Assembly: GCF_009834535.1 (NCBI RefSeq)
Contig: NC_045696.1
Location: 48,548,001 to 48,612,000, forward strand
From: Camelus ferus
Lineage: Eukaryota
DNA length: 64,000 nt
Direction of reading: 5' to 3'
Shown: piece by piece, positions 38,388 to 49,217 of the stretch
Numbering within the stretch: the first letter of the stretch is position 1
How the letters are laid out: each line of letters starts with the position of its first letter
Translations under genes and position numbers: made by a program
The notes under the pieces: model-generated
What the model was told of the DNA's origin: nothing
The model's input: only the letters and a program-made list of their open reading frames with translations
Databases searched by the model: none

Positions 38388-40129
38388 AAGTGAGAACGGG
38401 GCTGTGCCCAGCGATGCTGGGCCGGACGTTGTAGATTAAAAGAAAGCAACTAATCTTTATCTGATTTTGTTTTTCAGTTATTTTGTTACTGTGGCACCGG
38501 AGATGAAGACTCGATCTCTCCCATAGGAGCTCTTACAGGATTACATGTTTCCTTTTAAAAGGTCAAATGTCCTTAGAAGTGACCGAACTCAGATACATGT
38601 AACAGCTTTAAATTTCGAGTTGCTATCTGTCCCATCCTTGTCGAACCCTTTGAGGATGTCTGCAGCTAGTCTCCCATGGCTGCAAAATGTGATTTGGCCG
38701 TTCAGTTACCTTATTTTCCTTCTTATTCAAGTCCATTGCCCTCCTGCTAGTCCCTGTGTATGGATTAAATATAAACCTGAACATTTTTCTGTAATAGATA
38801 GTTTCAAAGACTCCCATGAAAATCGATATGTTTTTATAAAACTCTGCCAGACTCCAAACCTACTTTTGGACCTATTTTGCTTTTAAATTCATTCACATGT
38901 AACCATTGTTTCCTTTCTTACTCTGTTAATAATTCCCTTAGATTATTTGATGATTGAAAGTATATCGGAGCCTCTTTGAGCATCAGTTTCCTCTATGAAT
39001 ACGAAGTAAAACCTAACTTGTGGATTGACTGTAATATCCTCAGCAGAAATGGGGTGCTCTGTAAATCACAGTGACATCATCACCATCACCACTCTTAGCT
39101 GCTCACTTCAGGAGCCTGAAGTCTTTGAATTGGCTGTCCAAATGTGCTTTCTTTGTTTCCCACACAAGAAGTAGGATGGTAAACTCAGAGCTTCATTTCA
39201 AGTTTGAAATACATCAGTGGAAAACAACATGGCACAGGTATTCTAGGCAGGACCCCTGGAAAGAGAGAGAGCGGCATGATTGTGAACTCTAGTCCCTGTG
39301 CTGCGAACTTGAGCCAGATGTGCCGTGCTCTAAACCTCTGTCTCCTACTCTAAGAAAAGAGTACTTGTTATTAATTCACCAAATATTTAAGACTACTACA
39401 CACAAGCCTGTTCCATGGCCTGAGGATATATGACAAAAATTATCCCTGCCCTCACAGACTTTACTTGGGGAGAAAAGGACAATAAGCAATCAAATGCATG
39501 CTTAGTTTCTTTGTTTTTTAACTGAATGCTCTGAAGGAAAGCTACAGGATGCCGTGACAGCATGTGATGAGCACCCATCCCAACCTAGGAGAGCGCTGTG
39601 GAATAGAGCAGTGCTTTCTGCAGTATAGTCATGAGGATTAACTGTTACAATGAGGGAGGATTAATGGGGATTAGCTGTTACAAAGGGCTTAGCAAAATGA
39701 CCTGGCACAGAATAAGGGCTCAGTAATTGTTTGCTATTAAAGCTATGTTTACTGAGGTCCTCATGGATAGTTTGCACAAGAATAAAAACTATAAACTATA
39801 AAAGAAAGGTGAGTTAGGTTGCATAACCTGTCCCCTAAGGATTATACAATCCCATGGAAGATGCCATAGGTCATGTAAATATGGGACTAAATACCCACGC
39901 AATAAGCTTCCAGCAATTCATACCAAGAAAATTATAAACTTAGTCTGGAGTGGTTGAAAAATGATCCCAGAGGAGGTGGAACTTAATCTAGGCCATAAAA
40001 AGGAGCAGTTTTTTTTTTGTTTTGTTTTTTTTGTTTGTTTGTTTTATAGATGGAGAGTAAAGAGAAGGGGTTAATGTTAATGTGGGCCTTCACTATTTCT
40101 TGTATAAGTGAGATCAATTTTAATGTGTC

Positions 40130-40550
40130 ACTTGGTAGATGATTCGAAATTGGTGCAGCAGTTCAGTGATGTCCTCAAGGACCAAGATTCTTTCCACACT
40201 CCTCCATCATTCTCAGGGTGTTTGAGTTATCTCCCAAACAACAAATAAGTACATAAGTACCTTCGGAGCTGGAGCCAGGGGAAAAGGCTTTTACCTCAGC
40301 AGGCTTTTTTAAAAATCAGAGCAGAAAATATTTTCCATAAGCAACGCCGAGTTTTCTTCTCACACACTGTTGTACAAAAGGGACTGCACGCCCATCCCTA
40401 AATCAGCATTTGACAAAAAAGAACAAGAGTACCATGAATGGGTTAGATGGGTCATGACTCATCCCTTCAGCAGGGCATCTGGTGTTTAACAACAGCAGAA
40501 ACAAAAAAGAGCTCTTTTGTCGAAGGGCCCGGGGCACTAACAGCCACACT
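40130..40550. mobile_element. Old MaLR LTR (MLT1K/L-like)
   Basis: cagcagttcagtgatgtcctcaaggaccaagattctttcc…cacgcccatccctaaatcag…accatgaatgggttaga. Confidence 0.5.
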
Positions 40551-43403
40551 TCCGTCTTGCTCGTCCTTTGTATGTAAAGTCTTCTCTCCTATTCATGTCT
40601 TTCAAGATCCTGAGGAAGAGCTCATTCTCAGTGTATTATGTCCCTGATCCCTATTAGCTGACTCTGCATTTTCTTCTCTAAGAAAGACTTAGAGTTTCTG
40701 TTTCTTTATCTATGACCCACAGGCATAATCAGCTAGAATTTCTTCTCAAAGAGCTTTCAGGTGCACGATGTGACATAGGAATAGTCTGAGAGATGAAACA
40801 CAAGGGTGGAGCCAAGAAAATCTTTTACAGAGGCATGTGATAAAGTCAAGGACAAGAGCTCCCGACCCCTGCAGACTTACAGCCAGAACCTCTCTTGAAG
40901 GAGAGGTAATTAAATAGCCTGTATGTCAGGAGGACTGTCATGAGCACAGACTAAAAATTAACAAAATGGGAACCAAAATTTACAGTTGTGTAAAAACATT
41001 GGTAATTCACCAGGTATGCAAACTCCTGCCACTTATCACAAATTACCACTCAGTACAGTATTTGGTTGTGCATGTCGTGAAAATATGATTTTGACTGTCT
41101 TCTTTGAAAGTCTTTCCATTACAGTAGAAATTCCATACCTCAATGTTTTGTCTTCGTGGTGAGCTGCCTACCTGCCCGGCAAGTCCATCTGTTCACAATG
41201 TTAAACGTTTAGAAGGTGTATGTGTAAAAAAGACATGTTATTCCCCTGACCCTTGAAACTGAGGTTCTTCTAGCACAAGACAGCATATGGTGCAGAAAGG
41301 ACCTGATCAACTGAGGCAAGGAGGGGGCACGCGAGGGAGGAGTTCACAGGCAACATACCCGTGTACGTATGATGGGGGAAGCAGAAAAACAGAAATGGGA
41401 AAGTTCAGGCTTTTTTAACAGAGAAAAGAGAACTAAAAGTTGTTAGGAAGAAAGATGTAAGAAGTTAAATACAGAAGAAGAGGAAAAAGTTCAGGAATTT
41501 GTAAAAACGGAGTGAATTCAGGCCTTGACGAGTAGTTCCATTCCTGTAGCTGTCACGCGCTTCTGTAGCCTCCCACTACCAACTGGAGAAAAGCTCGAGT
41601 GATTCTAATTTTAATATTTTGTATTTCTTATACTTAGCATCCTACAGTGATGGCCAGTCTTTTGTGTCTGAATTTGGGCCAGAAGGCTGAAGGGAAGGGG
41701 TAGCTGTGCTAATCCTGGGTATCCGTAGTGGGAGGAGGGCTGGGAGGCACGTGAATTTCACAGAGTTGCGTCCCACCACCTTAGGCAAATTAGAGCAGTC
41801 TTTGTTTCTGGTCCTTCTCCTTTGAAGTGTTCAATCTGCCCTTACAATGTTCGTCCCCAGGAACTCAGTGCTCTTGTGCTGTCTTCTCCCCTTCCTCCAA
41901 TACCTGCGATATTCATTTGCTTAGGACTCTGATCCCTGGAGTACAATGTTTGGTTCAGCTGGGAGAAATTAGGGAACCAAAAATAATGGAACACAGAACA
42001 AGTATTTTTATAAAGGGGAGCAGAAAGTATACAAGGTCACTGGAAACCAAGAAACATCACACCTTTCCCACTGCTTTTGTGGGGATTTGACGTTTTAATC
42101 CAGAGTGACTCGTTCCACAAGATGTGGGCAGCGTGCGTGGCCCAGAGAGGGTGATGGAGACAGGCAAGGGCAGAGTCCAGAAGCCTGGAGCAGCCCCACT
42201 GCTCGCGATGCAGATCCCTCATGGTAGAGGTCACCACCGCCGCCTTCATGGGTTGAAACTGTGAAGGTGATGCAACCCCACTTTCCTGAGACAGGGCAGT
42301 GGGTGTATAAGGATGAGATGATTAAGACTGTGGAGGTAAGAGTGGGTTTTCTTACTTTGAAAAGGTATTTGACCATGAACAAAAGCAAACGAATACTGTG
42401 TTTTAAATGAAAGAACAGAAACCACCTTTAGGCACTGAAGTAGGAAGTAAGCAAAAAGAAAAAGAAAGACAGAAACCTAACTATTGCAGACTCTTTTCTG
42501 TCCACCCAAACGGCGAGCACCTGCTGTTTCTTTGAATGCATTAAACACTTTGCATTTTAGAGTAAGAGTAGATTCTGGACAGTAAAATTTTTTTATGGTT
42601 TTGAGCTACACAGGTGGGGTTTGCTTTTTGAAGCATTCTGCTTAGCACCTCGAGTGTCAGGACTTCATATTTACATGTTAAAAATCTGTTGCTTCAGACT
42701 GATCATCCATGAATGCCCAAGGATGGATGGAATCAATTTTAAATCAGCAAGCCGAATTGCAGGGATGTGAACTAAGTATAAGCTGTCATCTTACAGATTT
42801 GACTCAAGAAAACCAGGTCCTTAAGAAATAGCCTATGATTGCAGAGGGTCTTCTGGTGAATAAATAAGCTACTGCTGCTTAAATATGCCTTTACAGTACA
42901 CCTGACAATAAAGGAGAGACGCAGCTGATGATCTTATGAATAAGAACAGTCACTGTCAGAAAAGGCACGATATCTTGGAAAATCAGTGTCTATTCTGCAT
43001 CCTCACATAGAGCACAGATAGCAACAGTATGTTAATAGTAATAGCCTGTGTGTACTGAGCAGTTACTTTGTACTGAGAAGTTTTTATTTCGGTGTCCAAG
43101 GTCACAGAGTCCCTCAGCAATGGTGCTGGAATTTGAATGCGGGTATGTCTAACCCTGAGTCTACATTCTTAACCACTAGGGTAGGTGAAATATCCAGAAC
43201 AGCCCCTGGCCTTGGATGAGAGTAATAACAGATTTATTATCTAGAACGCTTCTTTCCCCCCTGTACCTATCACCTGCACTTGTCCACACCAGAATCCTGA
43301 CAGATGAGGAAGAAAGATGAATTGACTAGTCATTTAGTGAGTGTCTACCAAAGCAGACTTCGGGGTCCTCGTGATTCTGTTTCCGTGGTCATATTTTGCT
43401 CTG

Positions 43404-43757
43404 TGCTTTAGTCCATTCAGGCTGCTATCACAAAACACCACGGACTGGGCAGCTTATAAACAACAGATTTTTCTCACAGTGCTGGAGGCCGGCAGGTCCA
43501 CGGTCGGGGTGCCAGCAGGGTTGGGCGAGGGCCGTCTCCCTGGTGCATGACCAGCAGCTCCTGCCTGTGCTCTCAGTTGCTGAGGGGAGCTGCAGATCTC
43601 TCGGGGGCCTCTTGTCAAAGGCGCTGATGTCGCTCATGAGACTTCTACCTCATAACAAGCACCTCCCAAAGGCCGCACCTGCTCATCTCATCACTTTAGA
43701 GGATTAGGATTTGAACATATGAATTTGGGGAGAGGCACGAACATTCAGACCATAGCG
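43404..43757 (-). mobile_element. MLT1A-type MaLR LTR (GC/CpG-enriched copy)
   Basis: ttagtccattcaggctgctatcacaaaacacc…ttataaacaacaga…acctcccaaaggcc…aacatatgaatttgggg…acattcagaccatagc. Confidence 0.85.
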
Positions 43758-45192
43758 CTCCTTAACAGGCCAAACCTATGCTTGTAACATGTCCAGCAAT
43801 TTAGAATTATGCTTAGTATGACATTCTGCTCCCTCTGTATCCAACTGGAAGACACTGTAACTCATACTTTCATACTCATGTAAACCGAGGTATGTTGTCC
43901 TTAATCTGGAACATTCACACTGCTTGTTGACATTTCAGAATTTCAAAACCAAATACCTCTACTTCACCCTTTCTAGCAAAAACAAGTGAAAACAATGTAA
44001 GCGGTTTAAAGATAGTATTGATTTTCAGATGGATTGCCAAGCTCTATGGGGGTCAGGAAAATGTCAGAGAAACTCTTTGTTCTCCAGCCCCCTTCCCCAA
44101 ATTTGACTAGATGGAAGCAGAGGCAACTGGACTTTCAGTTACTATCCCCATCGCAGCCACCTGAGATGGTCTGCAGATGCTCTGCTGTTATTTCCAAAAT
44201 AGTTTCCTTTTCTGCTAACCAATAGTTCACTTTAACTATGCAGACAAAAACCCAAACAACTATCTTTAGGACCTAAGAGCTAATGACCAGGTAAGTTTCA
44301 ACCAATTCTAATTCATTTCCCCAAAGGTCATAACATTTGTCTGCCAATAGTAAAAAATAAAGCTGCCAACCAATGTAGTTCTACGATAGTGCCAAGAGCA
44401 TGGTGGCTTAGGACAAAAAGTGAAATCATTATTTCTGGACAGCCCAGGTATGGTGGGTGATGGAGGGAGAGGCAAGAAAGGGACAGATCATGAAGGGCCT
44501 TATGTGCCAAGACACCGGACTTTAATATTCAACATAAATTTACAAAGGGAGCATGAAAAGGTAGAAAAACATTTTTATTCCTAATTCAAGAAAAAATAAA
44601 ATAAATCAATTTGTGAAGTGCCTGTTCTGGTCCTGGATACCATTTGAAGCATGGAATGCATAACAGTTGCCACAGAAATGGTTCCTACCCTCATGGAACT
44701 TAGTGTCTCTCAGACAAGGCACACAACAATCCCCAAAGGAGAGGCACTTAAAGAGTGTCACATGGGTAAAGCAGAGCATCAGTTTTACTCTAATTTCTCA
44801 AGAACCAGCTCCCCAAACCTAACAAAATTCCTGGATGCTAGAAAGCTGAATCCAAAATCCTGTCTCCTTATACTTGTGACACCCAAACAAGAGGCGGCTG
44901 GTGGCCGTGACCCTGTGGGAAGTGTTTGCAGGCCTTACACCAGGGTCCTTCCTGCCAGGCTGTGCTGAGTCAGCCTCCCAGGGAGTCAGCCTCCCAGTGA
45001 AGTCCGGGGGCTTTTTGTCTAGAAACAAATACAACAGAACCTGCAGAATATTTGCCTTATAAAACAGTCGTCAGAAGCTTTAAGCTTTTTCTGACAGTAC
45101 TAACATCGGAGGGCCTCCCTGGAACTGCTTTTAAGACTGATTTTAAAATACAAAATAAAGTCAAGATAATTCTTTTAAGATAGTGTATTATT

Positions 45193-45370
45193 TCAGTGGG
45201 TCTCAAACTGTGGTCCCTGGACCAACAGCATCAGTACCACCTGGAAACTTGCTGGAAATGCAAGCTTTTAGGTTCTCCCTGGGACCCGCAGAGTCAGGAT
45301 CTCTGACCACTTAAGCCCTCCGGGTGATTGTGATGCTGCTTGTCTCAGGATCATACTTTGCGAATCATGG
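45193..45370. mobile_element. MER5A hAT-Charlie element
   Basis: cagtgggtctcaaactgtggtccctggaccaacagcatcagtaccacctggaaacttgctggaaatgca…aagccctccgggtgattgtgatgc. Confidence 0.75.
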
Positions 45371-45371
45371 T

Positions 45372-45690
45372 TATTTTGACCAGATCAATATTATTCAGTC
45401 TAATCACTTGTTCACCGTACCCACTTACCATCCTTAAAGGACTGGATGGCTTCCAGAAAGCCACCCTCGGAAGGTGAAATGTCCTTAATCACTGAAGTTT
45501 GCCAGGGAAACATGCTGCAGAATGTAAAGGTGACTGAAAAAAATAAGACAACAAAAAAGAGCAAGAACTGCCCAGGATTCTGTAACAAGGTTGTTGAGAA
45601 GGAGATGACACTTAGGGAATAAATGTATACTCGGGGTGTCTTATAACGTGCTTATGGAGAAATCAGTGGCCTTATAACTCAACCAGAACT
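45372..45690 (+). mobile_element. Possible mariner (MARNA-like) transposase 3' remnant
   Basis: The + frame ITEVCQGNMLQNVKVTEK resembles the mariner C-terminus (TIEDIQKNVLQALKAIPK). The terminal aaatcagtggccttataactca is end-like. Highly degraded. Confidence 0.4.
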
Positions 45691-47524
45691 GAATTCATAG
45701 TTCTCTTTTCAGACTTATTTTCTGTCATTTCTCCATGATATGTGTACTAATCAAGCCATCCACTAGAGCAGGTTAAGCAGCAGGGATGTTTGATTTTACA
45801 CTTCATCACTGGCCCCTAAGAACGCTTTTTCACCCCCGTTACCTTCTCAGTTTACTTCCTTACTGCTGTTGCTAATCACAGAACTGGAGAGGCACCCCCC
45901 CCCAGCGCCTCCCCAGCTGGCGGGTGGCATTTCCAGCTTCCTCTGCACGCGTGACCTCCGGGGGGATGGTGGGAAGCACTAGCGGCTGACGTGGCTCTAG
46001 CTTGAAGAGTGGGGTGCCAATGCTTGTTGGCTTTAATTTGCCAATTCTATTCAAGTGCTCTTTCCCTAGTAAAGAAACTCACGAGCATTTAGTATTTATA
46101 AAATGATAATTTTTTTTTTTAAAGAAACAACTGACTGACTTTGCAGTCCATTTTAAGGTACATTGCTCCTTTCAGACACAAATTCAGGATAATAGAAAAG
46201 AAGACAGCTGTGGTTTTACTAAGTGAGTGAATTCATGGCAACATTACATAGTCAAAGAGGTTCCTGTCTTAACACAAGTGGTTAGAATTCTAAATAGCTG
46301 TAAAGTTCTCTTTCTATTGATTTATATTCAGACCAAAAAAAAAAAAAAAATCAACTCTTCTCTATAAACCAGGAAAGCACAAGCATGCAGACAGATAATT
46401 CAGCTGTGTTAGCTGCTGTGTCAGCAGTTCCCATCCTCAGATTAACAAAGAGATTCTCTCCTGACATCTGTGTTTATGCGCAGCAAGAAGACAAAGACAT
46501 TTTACTAACCAGCATGAGTTGTATGTACACTTTTTTGTACATACACTTCTTGTCATTTATTACTGAATGAATTATTGCCACCCTCAGAGAAATGCAAAAC
46601 CTTTTATCTTGAACGGAACAAGTCTGGACACACTCAATAAACCCCTTTTGAAATGAAGAAGTGGTGTATGTTTACAGCGTTTCTTTTAAACTTTGTTCCA
46701 ATTATTTCTTTTTTAAATGCCCTGCTGTCTGGTGTCTAGGTGCCGGGGAAGACATTCCCTTCTACCGCTCACCTGCTCTTGGTTAGATTCTAGTGGATGA
46801 GAGAGGGGATGCGTCTGCTCTGTGGGAGGAGTGGGGAGACCGGGCACGATGCAGAGATTCAACCGTTAAAGAGGGTCAGATCGCTGTTCTGTTCCTCCCA
46901 ATAATAAATGTTTTCTCGGTAGGAAATCAGAAGGGTGGACTTCTCTCCTGTCGGACATGCGTTATCACTGGCAAAATCCACAATGCCTGCTCTGCTTTCT
47001 CTTGCCCTACAAATGAAAAAAATAAAATAAAATAAGCTGCCAAAGAGAACAGGATGACAGCTCCAAAGCAGTTCAGGAAAAGTCAGTCTGCCGTCAGGCC
47101 TGAGACAGATTTCAGGGACACAAATTGTTTCTCCGCATCCTGGGAAAATGCAGCAGACCATGGCTATACCACAGGGAAACTCTAAGTTACCAACTGGAAT
47201 AACCTGGGTCTTATGCCAAGCCTGCTCCCATTTAGATATTGATAGAGATATATTTAAGAGAAATCTGTGGCTACAATAGTGAGACATCTTGGAGAAGTCT
47301 GGTTGTCTTTAGAAGTAGCCTAGCAAGAAACCCAAGCGTTATTTTTACTTTCAGACTTTAGTCAGGAAGTATTAATTATCTGGGTCTATGTGTTTAAGAA
47401 AGAGTCCAGGCTCCATGAAGTTAGCAGGAATGAAGGAGGTTTGATCGGGATGTCGTTCATGGTAGGAGAGGGGTAGGGTGTTCTTGGGACAGGAGTTACC
47501 ACTCCTTAAGGGAAGAGAGGATTC

Positions 47525-48310
47525 TGTCATCTGCCACCCGGATGTCCAGTGAGCATCTGAAACCCATCCCGCCCATCATTCAGGTACTCATCCTCTCCTC
47601 ACTTCCCTCTGAATCCCTGTAACAGTTCAAGACAGCCTCATCCTGCCAGCTGCCAGGCTAAAGACCTTAGAGGCATCTCTGACTCTCCTCTTCCTTCTCT
47701 ACCTCTTTCATCCAGTCTCAACATCTCCAGTTGATTCAACCTTCAAAATAATTCCAGAGTCCACTGATACCACTCTGGTAGCCACCATCATCTCTTCCAG
47801 AAACCTAGAAGCTCCACCCATCCCCACATACATAGAAAGTCTATTTGCAACATAAAAATCAAGGTGAATCCTTTAAAACCTTAAGACGGATTAGCTCATA
47901 CTCTTTGTCCTTCTGCCTGTGGTAGGCAGCCTTTGCACTGGCTGTTCCCTCCTCTGGAGTTCCTGTCCTTCTGCTCCAGGAATAGGCAAGGAAATGTGCT
48001 TTGCTCCTTTGAGTCTTTGTTCAAATTTCACTTTCTCAATCAGACCTCCTCTGGCCTCATGACATTTGTCCCCAGCACTCCTAGTCCTCTTTGACCTGAC
48101 CTCTTTTTCAATGGTATTTATATATTAGTGCACTGTGTCATTTACTTATTCATTACGGTTTGTTGTTTGTTGCCTTTCCTCTTTCACTAGAATATACACT
48201 TCACGGTGACAGGGATTTTGAGCTATTGCGTTTACTAATGGATCCCATGTGCCTGGTACCTAGCATTTGCTAAGCTTTTAGTAAATATCCACTGAATGAG
48301 CAAATAAATT
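47525..48310 (+). mobile_element. L2a 3' region
   Basis: ggatgtccagtgagcatctgaaac…gcctttgcactggctgttccctcctctgga…cactagaatatacacttcacggtgacagggattt…gtaaatatccactgaatga. Confidence 0.7.
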
Positions 48311-49197
48311 ATGTGGTGAAGATGGAGGACTATCTTCAAATGTCATTGTGAATATTAAACCTCTGAAAATAAAACGTCGAATACACATACATATGTATAC
48401 AGAAATCTAGATTTTCATGATAATTATTTTTTAGCTGTTTCTCCTGATCCGGTGTATAAAACTGTGCATGGAGAAATGAAACCTTAATAAGCTCATATAG
48501 AATTATCTACATAGTACTTCACATGGAAAAAAAAAAAGTAGAGATTACATTAAGCCCATGAATTTCTACATCTGTCTAAGATGAATTCTTGTCCTCGTTA
48601 GAAGTTTATTAAATGATGAGTCAATTTCCTTTTTTCTATAATGCGTTCTCTCAAATTTTTGTTGTAGCATATGTTTTTAATCCACAGTTATAATAATATG
48701 GTTATTAAATTAAACGAGTGCATTTAGCATAATTATCTTAAGTAGATGCAAACTGTATTTTCAGCCACTTGGTTTCAGCCTGCATTCTTTATTCAATTTT
48801 ATGTTGATGATCAAATTCCCCTTTGCTGTGAGCTAAAGCTCTTGATATATCCATCTTCTGGCTCTACAGAACTTGCCAGCAGACTCCAGGAAAAAGTTAC
48901 TAAAAAAGAAAGAATCTCATTTAAAAGTAGCTGAACTGTGTTGTGTTAGATGATTATGGTATTTTCTAGTACCCACCCTGGAAACGGTCTTTATAAAACC
49001 ATGTTATTTTCGTGGAATGTGCCAAGCAGTGATGCAATTGGAGAACTGAACTGTCGGAAGACTTTTGTTAACACGCTGGAAAAGCTGTAGCAAGGTTAAA
49101 CTCCAAGTCCAGGCATCTCACTAAATCAAGGAACACGTTTCAAAGGGAAGACACCTTCCCTGCGGAAAAGGGAAGGTGCGGGCGCCTTTGTCTTTAG

Positions 49198-49217
49198 CGA
49201 GCGCCCCCTTGTGGTAA
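49198..49217 (-). promoter_or_regulatory. CTCF binding motif
   Basis: The minus strand reads TTACCACAAGGGGGCGCTCG; the core CCACAAGGGGGCGC (49201-49214) differs by one base from CCACCAGGGGGCGC. It sits in a local CpG-retaining patch. Confidence 0.65.

Noticed and set aside
38019..38393. 124-aa ORF / exon on either strand
   Set aside because: The + frame peptide is unrecognised and starts at TTG; the minus-strand exon-like interval has stops in all three frames.
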